Source: a virus
Taxonomy: Duplodnaviria; Heunggongvirae; Uroviricota; Caudoviricetes; Schitoviridae
DNA length: 64,000 bases
Virus record (IMG/VR): IMGVR_UViG_3300028490_000001
Coordinates: 14,677-78,676 of that record
Reading direction: 5' to 3' (one strand)
Numbering within the stretch: position 1 is the first letter of the stretch; every line of letters begins with the position of its first letter. Shown one piece after another: positions 49,909 to 59,533 of the stretch. The notes below the pieces were generated by a model. The model had not been told where the DNA came from. It did not search any database and worked only from the letters and a program-made list of their open reading frames with translations. A program made the translations under genes and the position numbers.

Positions 49909-50390
49909 TGACAAAAGGACAAGCAAACTTAATGAATAGATTGATGCTAGCCCAAGCATATCTATGGATAAAACAAGTATCTGATAGTGGATTAGAGATG
50001 CCACCAATTGCATACAAAATAAGACTAGCTGGACACAATTCATTTCATATAAATAGATTTGATGATGCAGAAAGAGAACTTATACAGGGTATTGCAACAG
50101 ACGAGCGTATGGTAAAAATAGCCGAAAGACAAACATCTCCAATCATACAAGCACTACATCTCATGAAGATATGGGTAGAAGATATAGACAAAAAAGACAG
50201 ACCCAATATCTACATTGCTGATGCAAAACTGAAAACAGGGAAAATAGCATATATGAAAAGCATGCTAGCACTTAAAAAGAACAACCCAGAAGACCATGCA
50301 GAAAAAACATCTGTAATAAATGATAGCTGTAAAAGCACGGAGGAATGGTATAATATCTGTAAAGAAATTATTTTAACAAAGGATATTTAA
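49908..50390 (+). CDS. Hypothetical protein (160 aa)
   Basis: ORF track; overlapping start/stop. Confidence 0.35.
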   Translation: MTKGQANLMNRLMLAQAYLWIKQVSDSGLEMPPIAYKIRLAGHNSFHINRFDDAERELIQGIATDERMVKIAERQTSPIIQALHLMKIWVEDIDKKDRPNIYIADAKLKTGKIAYMKSMLALKKNNPEDHAEKTSVINDSCKSTEEWYNICKEIILTKDI

Positions 50391-50635
50391 TGGACGAAAT
50401 ATTAACGCTTGTAATTCTAATCTTCCTACTAGAAGGAATGTTTAGAATATTGAAATCTACTTTTACTGATATAAAGAATAAGAAAGAACTCAAGCAAGCG
50501 AACATCGAACTTAACGAAGAGTTTGGACTATCAGATAAACAAAGTATAGCACCGCTGAAAAAGCAGTACCCAAGTATTGAAATTAAAGATTCAACCACCA
50601 GAACCACCTCAACAGGAGATAATGATGCTAAGTAA
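50390..50635 (+). CDS. Hypothetical protein (81 aa)
   Basis: ORF track. Confidence 0.3.
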   Translation: MDEILTLVILIFLLEGMFRILKSTFTDIKNKKELKQANIELNEEFGLSDKQSIAPLKKQYPSIEIKDSTTRTTSTGDNDAK

Positions 50636-50831
50636 TCAAGAATTATATGGAACAGATGACGTACCCAAGGTACCAGAAGACGTTTGTAATGAGAGAATAG
50701 CTCTATTACAAAACAGACTAAAAGAAGAAGCAGACAAACACTTCATGCTCCAAAGCAATGACATGCTGAATAAATTACAATCAGGAATTAAATTTTGGCA
50801 AAGGCTAAGAGACGGTGAAGAAGAACACTAA
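50577..50831 (+). CDS. Hypothetical protein (84 aa)
   Basis: ORF track. Confidence 0.25.
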   Translation: MKLKIQPPEPPQQEIMMLSNQELYGTDDVPKVPEDVCNERIALLQNRLKEEADKHFMLQSNDMLNKLQSGIKFWQRLRDGEEEH

Positions 50832-51190
50832 TCAGGAGAAACAATGACAAAAGAAAACAAAGAAGAAACAAAATACATCATAGATAAAAAAACCATAACA
50901 GCAAAGACACTAAAACTTGCTCTTGCTAAATACATGAGCATATGGGGTTCATCAGGAGCAGCATATATTCCACAAAAAGGATAGAAGCATGGAAGAACAA
51001 GAAGAAAAAACAAAGAGAAAATGGAAGAGGATGGGCTTAAGTCCAGACGACCAGAAACCTACAGTCGAAGTACCAAAAAAAATAAATAGTAACGGATTAA
51101 ATACATACTTCCTCGAAAGAGGGGACCCTTTCAAGAATGGTTCATCAAGTGGAATGACTCCGTTTAACCAAACATAAGAAGGACTACAGC

Positions 51191-51964
51191 ATGGATATTA
51201 CAAAAGAGGAAGAAGAGGGATACATGATTTCTCTTACATTTAAAAGAATATATGAAATTATGTTCATTAAAAAGTTTGATGAGATAAGTAGTGATGTAGA
51301 TAAAGATACAAGAACAAGAAGAGCCAACATATACGCAGTCAAAATTACACCTGTAGTGTGGAAAAGAAAGCTTGCTGGAAATCTTAAAAATTTATTTTCA
51401 CCTGAGCACTGGGACAACGTAGACAGAGAGGAGAAAATTATGAATAACAGTTCAGTAGAAGACCTTAGCGAGATGCAATCAGACGAACAGAGCAACGAAT
51501 CATATTATGAATTGGATGGTCTAAAAAATCAATTTATTGCTGAAGTCGTTGAGAGTATCAACCAGATAAGAGAACGAAGCAAAGGTGCATTCGGAGAATA
51601 TGACAGAATGTGGCTAATCGCACTTCAACAAATTATAGACTCAGAACCAGAGGGAGAAGCTCATCCTCAGTATCCTGGGCAATATAGAAAACACACCGTC
51701 AAGCCAGAAGCATCGCTTGATTCAGACTATGAACACGTAAATGAACCAACACATTATGACTGGTTTGGAGAGCAAGCTATAGATGTTATTGAGAAGCAAT
51801 TATCAACTGAAGCTTATCTTGGATTCCTAAAAGGAAATTCTCTAAAGTACAGAATAAGATTAGGCTCAAAGCCGAACCAACCTCTATATCAAGACTTCAA
51901 GAAAGCAAGATGGTATGAAAAGAGATATGACTTGTTTGTAAAACAAAACACACCAGAAGGATAA
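51191..51964 (+). CDS. Hypothetical protein (257 aa)
   Basis: ORF track. Confidence 0.35.
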   Translation: MDITKEEEEGYMISLTFKRIYEIMFIKKFDEISSDVDKDTRTRRANIYAVKITPVVWKRKLAGNLKNLFSPEHWDNVDREEKIMNNSSVEDLSEMQSDEQSNESYYELDGLKNQFIAEVVESINQIRERSKGAFGEYDRMWLIALQQIIDSEPEGEAHPQYPGQYRKHTVKPEASLDSDYEHVNEPTHYDWFGEQAIDVIEKQLSTEAYLGFLKGNSLKYRIRLGSKPNQPLYQDFKKARWYEKRYDLFVKQNTPEG

Positions 51965-51967
51965 AAG

Positions 51968-52300
51968 ATGCCATGTTACGACCCACGCCCTAACTATGAC
52001 CATGCAGAAAATGCACACCTGAGAGACGAATCAAGACAGAGGGAACTTTATGTTCGCCAACTTGAATCAATGCTTTGTGCAATGTGTAACGAGGTTATAA
52101 ACCTAGACACAACAGAAAAGAGAAAAGAAGAAATTCTAGACAGAGCAACAAGCAATGGAAAATCTTTAGATATTCATGCATGGTTTAAGCTGCATCTAGA
52201 GGCAGATGTCAAGAGGCTTGTTGTTACTGGAGTCAATAGAGATTCATCTATCCACGAAATTCTTCTATACAGAAGAATGGAAGAACTAAAAACAAAATAA
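51968..52300 (+). CDS. Hypothetical protein (110 aa)
   Basis: ORF track. Confidence 0.3.
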   Translation: MPCYDPRPNYDHAENAHLRDESRQRELYVRQLESMLCAMCNEVINLDTTEKRKEEILDRATSNGKSLDIHAWFKLHLEADVKRLVVTGVNRDSSIHEILLYRRMEELKTK

Positions 52301-52444
52301 AAACTATTTCGGTTTCACTTCTTAGAAAGGAAGTTGTGTAATTTTATAGGGTCACTACTTTAGTGACTTATCCCGATGTAGCTACTTAGGATATGAGCGG
52401 ATACGTTCATTCAACCAAAAAATATAAAACACAAAGGAGCCACT

Positions 52445-52888
52445 ATGGCTATGGGAATCAAAGACGTTGCTAACGTACTGTTAGACGGAAATAAGGCAGC
52501 ATTCAAAGCGAATGCATCAAGAAGAGCAGGTTCAATGTTCAACGAAAGAGTTGCAGAAGCAATCACACCAAGACTACCTGCAATGGTAAGAATGAGTGGA
52601 GCAACTGAGCAACCTTGGTTTAAGTTTGTACTTGCAAATGCAGTAGCTGGAGCAATTATCAAATTTGGTTACACAAATGAGAAATTACTTCTTCTTGCAG
52701 ATGCAGGTGTAAATGCAGCAAATGATGACTTTCTTGGAAGCTTCGACTTCGAGGGGATGGTTAATGGCCTTATTGATGGCATTGACGTATCGGGTCTTAC
52801 TGAGGCAAGTGATTCAGTTAGAGAAACAGCGTCCGCAGGACTTAAAAAAGCTAGCGAAATGGTAGACCCTGACGCTAAAACAGCATAA
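52445..52888 (+). CDS. Ala/Gly-rich hypothetical protein (147 aa) immediately upstream of the peptide/E1/JAB cassette
   Basis: ORF track; strong RBS 'AAAGGAG'. Confidence 0.4.
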   Translation: MAMGIKDVANVLLDGNKAAFKANASRRAGSMFNERVAEAITPRLPAMVRMSGATEQPWFKFVLANAVAGAIIKFGYTNEKLLLLADAGVNAANDDFLGSFDFEGMVNGLIDGIDVSGLTEASDSVRETASAGLKKASEMVDPDAKTA

Positions 52889-52898
52889 AGGATAAATC

Positions 52899-53024
52899 AT
52901 GGCATCAATGGCAGATTTAGTAAAAAAAGCGGCAGCATCAGCTAACCCGACAACACCAGCACCAAGCGTTCAAGTAGCAGACACATCGTCTCTTACAGCG
53001 AACAGCTCAAGTGGTAGAGCATAG
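52899..53024 (+). CDS. Small peptide gene (41 aa: MASMADLVKKAAASANPTTPAPSVQVADTSSLTANSSSGRA), not in the ORF track because it is under 60 aa
   Basis: RBS 'AAGGATAAATC' followed by ATG. Followed by an 8-bp stem inverted repeat (53058-53081). Lies directly upstream of the E1-like gene. Confidence 0.35.
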   Translation: MASMADLVKKAAASANPTTPAPSVQVADTSSLTANSSSGRA

Positions 53025-53116
53025 CGAAAGCATAATCTACTAAATAAAAGTAGTTAGACACAATGCATCGCAAGGTGCATTGTAATGTAACTACTAAAAA
53101 AAATAAGGACAATAAA

Positions 53117-54181
53117 ATGCAAAAAGCAATACCGATTAACAATCTAATCTTTGAAAAAATAAAGTTTAGATATGACTTTTATAACGCAGATAGAGCAGTT
53201 GGAAACGCAGGTGGAGGAAAATTGTTGCTTGACACATTTTATCCATTCATTCTCGCAACACAAATATTAGGACACGCTCGAAATACAGCAGCAGGAAGAA
53301 CCAACGCTCCAGCAATAGCCAGAAGCACTGGAAATATGAGAACAGGATATGCAATCTCAGAGAGAATTTCTAATGAACTAGGATGTAAAAAACTACACAT
53401 ATCTGAACTCATTACAATGCTAGGATACACCAAAACTGATATCTCAAAACTACTACAACATGTGAAAAATAAATCTTTCAACTTGGTTCTTGTAGGTCTT
53501 GGTGGTACAGGCTCCAACTTCCTACACTGGACATACGAAATGTCTCAATGGGTAGGTAAAGATTTGATTTTCAATACTATGTTCTCATATGATGATGATG
53601 ACTTTGATATTCCAAACATGTTGAGAATACCATTTGAGCCTAACTTTGTTGGCGAACAAACATCATCAAAGAAGGTAGATTGTATTCCTCCGAAATTCAA
53701 ACAAATTGCAAACAACTTCAGACTTAAAGATATGAGACTTACTGCTTATGATGTAGACAATACAAGACTTGGTTCACACCAGACTACATTAATTTATGGT
53801 GCACCCGACATAGCAACAAGAAAATGGTTGTCTGATTCAGAATATACATTCATCGCTGCAACACACAGAGACTCTGAGTTCTCACTGGTAGAGAATCCTG
53901 CCGTAGACGACGAGTTAATGATGGAAACGTATGGAAAAATAAACGTATCCAAGTTTATGCTGAACCACCTAACTATGACTATTAAATTCCTGGAGCACCT
54001 AAGAGACAGAGACAGAGTACTCGGGGGTTCAACTGAGACACAAATATTGAGAGAAGATTTTGATACTCTATATGCTAACCAGCTAGCTTTTGGCTTCAAA
54101 GCTGGGGCAAAAAGACTATCAATCCATAGCTCTAACGACACACAAAACATAGACTTACCAGAGGAGAACGGAAATGAGTAA
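53117..54181 (+). CDS. ThiF/MoeB-family E1-like adenylyltransferase (about 354 aa from the RBS-supported ATG 53117)
   Basis: Rossmann 'LVLVGLGGTGS' (MoeB 'VLIVGLGGLGC'), then 'SYDDDDFDIPNMLRIP' (MoeB 'LLDFDVVSLSNLQRQ'), then 'YDVDNTRLGS' (MoeB 'DCTDNVATRQQLN'). Confidence 0.7.
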   Translation: MQKAIPINNLIFEKIKFRYDFYNADRAVGNAGGGKLLLDTFYPFILATQILGHARNTAAGRTNAPAIARSTGNMRTGYAISERISNELGCKKLHISELITMLGYTKTDISKLLQHVKNKSFNLVLVGLGGTGSNFLHWTYEMSQWVGKDLIFNTMFSYDDDDFDIPNMLRIPFEPNFVGEQTSSKKVDCIPPKFKQIANNFRLKDMRLTAYDVDNTRLGSHQTTLIYGAPDIATRKWLSDSEYTFIAATHRDSEFSLVENPAVDDELMMETYGKINVSKFMLNHLTMTIKFLEHLRDRDRVLGGSTETQILREDFDTLYANQLAFGFKAGAKRLSIHSSNDTQNIDLPEENGNE

Positions 54182-55766
54182 TATGCTTAGCTTAAAACCA
54201 ACACCTATGCAAAAAATATATGAAAATACATGTCTTGAATTAGTAAGAGAACTAAGTAAAGACCTTGTTAAAGATGTGCCTACTGCAGATTCATTTACAT
54301 CAGTAAATGGATTAGGTAATGCCGTTGAAGAAATAAATTTCACAGACGCAACACAGACTCTTATGTCTAAATATCATAACCCTTATATGCACAGAAATAA
54401 AGATGGAAGCTTTAGAGCATGGGCAATGTTTAGAGATTTTTTCGACATAACAAAAGTAGGTGACGCAAACCTATCAATAAATCAAGCGAAAGAAATGCTT
54501 GCTGGAATCTATAAGGAATCAAAAGATTCACTATATGGTGTACTTCTCATGGATGCAAAGAGAGGAAAAAAGAAACAAATAGTAAATCTTCTTCATCCTG
54601 TAGTTGTGCACAACCTAAACCAGGAAGAATTAGATTTCAAATTAGATGAACAAATATGGACAATGGCTATTTACTCATTTAAAGATAATAAAAAAGATGT
54701 ACTCAAGGCTGATTTCCCACAAATATATGACAAAGAAAACTATACACTTGAAATTGCAAACATACTTGCATCTATTGATATTCCATCACTGTACTACACG
54801 GAGAATAAAGATTTTGAAGTCGACATCATAGATGATATGTTTGTGCTCAAGTATCAAGAGATAAAAACATTAAAAGAGTCTGGTGAAGTACTGAAAGATT
54901 CAAAAGGTGGAAGAAGCTATATTGTTCCTTGTCAAGTAATAAATGTTGGAGGAGTAGCGTTCCCATACTATGGAAGTATCTACTCAACCAAAGGTCTAGC
55001 ATGGAACATTACACCACTAATGTCAGCAAACATCTCTCATCCTGAAGGACAAAGCACAAATAAGGGAATGAATGGTGGTTCTAGAATCTGTACTCACAGT
55101 GGAAACAGTAAAACAAGAGCAGGGGTATCGTCACTGAACCACTGTAATATTACATCTCCTCTAAACAGTGACTGTATGGCTCCAGGCTCAATGAGCTACT
55201 CTGAAGCTTGTATAACTGCTTCCGTAGAGTTACTACTAGGAGAAGAGTTCGAGTCAGCAGCAAACAAAGCAGACAAGGCATTAACGTTTCAGGAATTTGT
55301 GGAGACGAATGACGGGGCTAGTAAAAAGCAATACCTAAAGTACATCAAAGATAGAATCGCACACAAAATGAATGAAGCAGAGGCTCCAGAACCAGAAGAA
55401 GTACCGATGGAAGAAAGATTTCCTGAAGTATACGATACATCAAAATGGACAAACTATGATGAGAATCAATTAAGAGGATACCTTAATGGTGACGTCACCT
55501 ATGTAGGAGATTTCGAAGAGCCAAAGATATGGATTGATTCAGTATGGCGTAACTTAAATTCGAAAAAAGCACTTGAATGGTTAGAGAACAGAGAAGAAAA
55601 TGAAAGAATAGAAGTTGACAATCCCGTACCTCCTGTTCCTAATGTACTAACAACAAATTCACCAACAGAATTAGCTGAAATGACGGAAGAAGACTTTCAG
55701 GATGCTATTGATGGATTAATTGGAGACGCAGATGCAGAACCAACACAACCTGACGGAGAAAGATAA
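54174..55766 (+). CDS. Large protein (530 aa) co-transcribed between the E1-like and JAB genes; weak E2/UBC-like 'HPEG...G..RIC' signature; function unknown
   Basis: Overlapping start/stop with both neighbours. 'ISHPEGQSTNKGMNGGSRICTHS' loosely resembles the E2 HPN...C active-site loop. Confidence 0.3.
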   Translation: MSNMLSLKPTPMQKIYENTCLELVRELSKDLVKDVPTADSFTSVNGLGNAVEEINFTDATQTLMSKYHNPYMHRNKDGSFRAWAMFRDFFDITKVGDANLSINQAKEMLAGIYKESKDSLYGVLLMDAKRGKKKQIVNLLHPVVVHNLNQEELDFKLDEQIWTMAIYSFKDNKKDVLKADFPQIYDKENYTLEIANILASIDIPSLYYTENKDFEVDIIDDMFVLKYQEIKTLKESGEVLKDSKGGRSYIVPCQVINVGGVAFPYYGSIYSTKGLAWNITPLMSANISHPEGQSTNKGMNGGSRICTHSGNSKTRAGVSSLNHCNITSPLNSDCMAPGSMSYSEACITASVELLLGEEFESAANKADKALTFQEFVETNDGASKKQYLKYIKDRIAHKMNEAEAPEPEEVPMEERFPEVYDTSKWTNYDENQLRGYLNGDVTYVGDFEEPKIWIDSVWRNLNSKKALEWLENREENERIEVDNPVPPVPNVLTTNSPTELAEMTEEDFQDAIDGLIGDADAEPTQPDGER

Positions 55767-57577
55767 TGAATAAAAAAATACAGAAACCAGCAGTAATAGT
55801 AGAAAGAATAACAGACGGAGTAGACACTAACAACTTTGGTGTAATGTTTCACTCAACAAAATCAATTGAATCATTTCAGCAACGCTCAGGCATGTCTGGT
55901 GCATACACTACTGAATATCAACATCATTATATTGCATTGATTGCAAGACTTAATGCTGGTGCACAAACACTAGACCTATGTATCCCACTTTGTATGTTTA
56001 ATTATCATCAAGAGGTAGCAGGAGCATCCGTAGAGTTTAATCTTGCTGAAGTATCAACTGCAAATGCTGATGCTCAAGAATTAGCTATGAAGAAATTTAA
56101 AGAGTTCGAACAGACTGAAATGTACAAGACAATACTTTCTATGGGCTTTACTGAATTCATCATAGAAGGAATGCATTCAATACATGCTCACCCAAATGGT
56201 ATAAATAGATTCTCAGGGACAGACCTCAGAGAAAATATAAACCATCCTGGAGTAAACTTTCCATTAAATACTGGGACCAATGTTGCAAACTTTGCATCAA
56301 TCATCCAGCATAAAGAAGGCTTTGCTCAAATCATTCACACAGAATACAGAATGTTTAACGGCGTAGAGCTTGGAGAAAGAGAATATAAGAAGGGCAGAAC
56401 ATTATCAGTAGTTAGAGGATACGATGTGCCAGAGCCTGAACCTTACGTGATTCCTGAACCTGGACTCATTGATGCACTATTTGGAACAAAGCCTGTAGCC
56501 CCACCAAAGCCTCTACCTGAAAAGAAGAGAGCAAACTACTGTCTACGCGATGGATTCATCGGAGCAGAAGAAGCGACAATCTCTAAGCTAGAAAAAGAAA
56601 TGATGGACATGTGGGTTAATTGTCCTTTCGAAATAGACACAAGTCTCGTACTTAAAACAAATGTACTTAAGGGGAGAGGACGTCTACTTGCACCTGTTAC
56701 AAAATTTAAAAATGAGCAGGTAAATGGCAAGGGAAAAAAGAAAGCCGAAGAGATAAACGCAGGACTCTTCGGCACTTGGGGAAAAACAGATGGTAAAACT
56801 GAACCATCGTTCAATCAGAAAAAAGAGTTTTTAAAAACAAGAGGTTTCACTGAAAAAGATTTCCTGGTTCTAAGAATCGAAGAAGTGTGTGATGAATATA
56901 CTTATGAAATTCATGCAAAAGAACAGGAAGAACAGGCTGGTACAGAACCAACACTTAATAGTATGAAACAATATCTTGTAGATAGTGAAGCATTTACATG
57001 GCTAGATTTCCAAAATATTGAAGATGAAGAGATTAAAAATTTCTACTGGCTTGAAAGACTCGATGAAATCGAAGATGAACAGGCAGGTATCGAATACGAA
57101 GAAGCAGAAACAAGCCAAGAAGATATGATTTCATATTTAATAAACACAGGGTTCACAGTATTCGAACTTAAAAATATGGATGAATCTGAAATTAAAGAAG
57201 CATATGAATTAAATTTTAGATTCGAAATGGAAATAGAAACTCAACTTCCAGCTACAGAAAAAGAAGAAACAATTGAGTTACCCTCTGAGGCAAAAATGAA
57301 AGAATACTTATGTAACATAGGTATGTCCGAAGCAAGAGTAAACAGTATGTATCCGGATGTATTACTAGATACATACCTAATAAACAGAAGTAAAGCCGGA
57401 CTTGAACCAAGTGATGATGAACAAGACAATCACTTCTCTAGAGCTCAAATGGAAAACCTCCTTGTAGGAGATAATATAGTTTCAGATGCAAAACTTAAAA
57501 CATTAAGTAATGAAAAAGTATTGTTAATGTTCAATGACGTATACGAATTAACAGACGAGGATTATAAGAATGCCTAA
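55766..57577 (+). CDS. JAB/JAMM (MPN+) metallopeptidase-domain protein (603 aa) with a long acidic repeat-rich C-terminal region
   Basis: Exact JAMM motif 'E...H-A-H-PNGINRF-S-GT-D' (HxHx7Sx2D) at about aa 125-160 ('FTEFIIEGMHSIHAHPNGINRFSGTDL'). Confidence 0.65.
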   Translation: MNKKIQKPAVIVERITDGVDTNNFGVMFHSTKSIESFQQRSGMSGAYTTEYQHHYIALIARLNAGAQTLDLCIPLCMFNYHQEVAGASVEFNLAEVSTANADAQELAMKKFKEFEQTEMYKTILSMGFTEFIIEGMHSIHAHPNGINRFSGTDLRENINHPGVNFPLNTGTNVANFASIIQHKEGFAQIIHTEYRMFNGVELGEREYKKGRTLSVVRGYDVPEPEPYVIPEPGLIDALFGTKPVAPPKPLPEKKRANYCLRDGFIGAEEATISKLEKEMMDMWVNCPFEIDTSLVLKTNVLKGRGRLLAPVTKFKNEQVNGKGKKKAEEINAGLFGTWGKTDGKTEPSFNQKKEFLKTRGFTEKDFLVLRIEEVCDEYTYEIHAKEQEEQAGTEPTLNSMKQYLVDSEAFTWLDFQNIEDEEIKNFYWLERLDEIEDEQAGIEYEEAETSQEDMISYLINTGFTVFELKNMDESEIKEAYELNFRFEMEIETQLPATEKEETIELPSEAKMKEYLCNIGMSEARVNSMYPDVLLDTYLINRSKAGLEPSDDEQDNHFSRAQMENLLVGDNIVSDAKLKTLSNEKVLLMFNDVYELTDEDYKNA

Positions 57578-58427
57578 TTTAGAACAAGAGACACAAGAGA
57601 CAAAATTCAACTTAAAAAGAGAGATAATAGCTGGAACACAATATGTATCTGGATATGAAAATACAGAAGACAAATATGTAATTTCTGCATCAATGGTCGG
57701 AAACGACCCTTTGCAAAACTACTTAACAATCATACATGGAAAACAAGTAGATGTAGAAATATCTGATGCAACGCTTGGGACAATATTTCATTTAGGTATG
57801 GAAGAATTGATGGTTAGAAGAGTAAGAGAGGCGAATTCCCCTGTAATTGGTGTTGAAAAATCAATGCACATGGAATTACCTAATGGATGGATAATGTCAG
57901 GTACTGCAGACTTAGTTACTAAACAAGATGCAGCTACACTAAACATTCACGATTATAAACTTACAAAAACCTACGCACTAAAAATGCTTAAGTCATCTCT
58001 TTCATCTCATAATTATTCAAAACAAATGAGAGTATTAAAAACATTATTGAAGAATGAAGTTGATAATTCAGTAATAAAAAAATATAAAAATATAAATATG
58101 AAAATAGAAATATTTGTAAAAGACAGCAAGGCTGTAAATTTTGAGCCTGTTCTTACAACGGTTGATGTACCAAACGCAAATGGAGCAGATGATGCAGCAG
58201 CATCAGAAGTATTAATCGCAGAAGTAGTTCAAATTACAGACTCGCTACAGTCATATATTGAAGGTGGAACAATTCCTCCAATCTGTGAAGACAGATGGCC
58301 TAGAAAAGTAAAAGACAAAGTAATACCTACAAGATGTGCATTTTACTGTTCACATGGTAAAGCCGGATTGTGTCCACACTATAATCCATCAACAAGACAA
58401 GAAGCTACTAGATTAGCAAACTGGTAA
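57570..58427 (+). CDS. Cas4/RecB-family PD-(D/E)xK nuclease with a C-terminal Cys cluster
   Basis: Motif II 'GTADLV', motif III 'IHDYKLTK', and C-terminal 'C-x15-C-x3-C-x7-C' (CEDRWP...RCAFYCSHGKAGLC). Confidence 0.6.
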   Translation: MPNLEQETQETKFNLKREIIAGTQYVSGYENTEDKYVISASMVGNDPLQNYLTIIHGKQVDVEISDATLGTIFHLGMEELMVRRVREANSPVIGVEKSMHMELPNGWIMSGTADLVTKQDAATLNIHDYKLTKTYALKMLKSSLSSHNYSKQMRVLKTLLKNEVDNSVIKKYKNINMKIEIFVKDSKAVNFEPVLTTVDVPNANGADDAAASEVLIAEVVQITDSLQSYIEGGTIPPICEDRWPRKVKDKVIPTRCAFYCSHGKAGLCPHYNPSTRQEATRLANW

Positions 58428-58434
58428 AGAAATT

Positions 58435-58896
58435 ATGACACTATTTGAAGCATTTATGTCAGACTATAGAACACAAAAAAAGACATATATATTCATAAAA
58501 TCACTTGATGTGTCAGAACCACATCGAGTACGAATATATAATATGGCAAAACTTCGTGGGGTAAAGTCTGTTTCTGCATTCAAAAATAGAATAGTGATAA
58601 TGGATAAAATAGACAATAGGAATATTGAACTATTTATGGATAAAAAACTTATTGGATTAGATAGACTCTTTTGGGTATTGTCAGGATTCACAATTGCACA
58701 GCAAATAAGATACCATGACATAATAAAAAGAACTCAAGAAAAAGTAGAACTAGGCGAGCCAATTGGAGTTAAGACAGAACAAGCGAAAAGATACTGGAGT
58801 CAAAATTATCTTATTGGCAGAAATCTATCCGTAGAACAAATGGCTGCAGCAAATATGGATTATAATCCAGACAACCCATATTACGATAACATATAA
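58435..58896 (+). CDS. Hypothetical protein (153 aa)
   Basis: ORF track. Confidence 0.35.
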   Translation: MTLFEAFMSDYRTQKKTYIFIKSLDVSEPHRVRIYNMAKLRGVKSVSAFKNRIVIMDKIDNRNIELFMDKKLIGLDRLFWVLSGFTIAQQIRYHDIIKRTQEKVELGEPIGVKTEQAKRYWSQNYLIGRNLSVEQMAAANMDYNPDNPYYDNI

Positions 58897-59136
58897 AGGA
58901 AAACACTATGAATAAATATATCAATTATGCACTTTCAATTGCATTGGCATCATTTTTTACAGATAAAATTATGAAATTTTTAAATAAAGAAGACAAGTAA
59001 AATGGAAAATAATCTAACAATAGCAGAAGGAATGATTAGAGTAGCAGAAATTCAGGCACAGTCTACAAGCGACATAGTAACAGCAGTAGTTGTTGTCTTA
59101 GATATAGGCTTATTCCTTTTTACGGCATAATGCAGC

Positions 59137-59358
59137 ATGAACATATCTGACATACATTCAATAGAACTTGACCGCTCCAAACCATTTAATCATATGATTC
59201 TATTTAAAGACTCAAATGATAAAATTATAGATAAAATAAAAGTAAAAGAATCTGCAGGATTTGAACAATTTAAGGTAGTTTACGAAGCATGGTGTAATCA
59301 CCCAGACTTCTCACCCGAACCACCGACTGTTGACGACCTGTACAAAAAAAGGAACTAG
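59137..59358 (+). CDS. Hypothetical protein (73 aa)
   Basis: ORF track. Confidence 0.3.
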   Translation: MNISDIHSIELDRSKPFNHMILFKDSNDKIIDKIKVKESAGFEQFKVVYEAWCNHPDFSPEPPTVDDLYKKRN

Positions 59359-59533
59359 TATGGAAAGAGTAGGACTAGAAGCTGTCTACCTTGGAGAGCT
59401 ATGTGATAAATGCAATAGAAAACATGGAGAATCAACAACTCTAAATATCGAAGGACATATTCATCACAAGCTTGGTTTTGTATGTATGGATAACAAATCA
59501 TGCAGAAGAGCACAAAGAAGGATTAAAAAATGA
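59330..59533 (+). CDS. Small Cys/His-rich (zinc-finger-like) protein (67 aa)
   Basis: 'CDKCNRKHGE...HHKLGFVCMDNKSC'. Confidence 0.3.
   Translation: MTTCTKKGTSMERVGLEAVYLGELCDKCNRKHGESTTLNIEGHIHHKLGFVCMDNKSCRRAQRRIKK

Noticed and set aside
54174-55766. cGAS/DncV-like nucleotidyltransferase (CD-NTase) in the 530-aa protein next to the E1/JAB genes
   Set aside because: Only a loose 'GS...DFFD' pattern is present. It lacks the hG[GS]x9-13[DE]h[DE]h geometry, so a CBASS-like assignment is not supported. Left as unknown or weakly E2-like.
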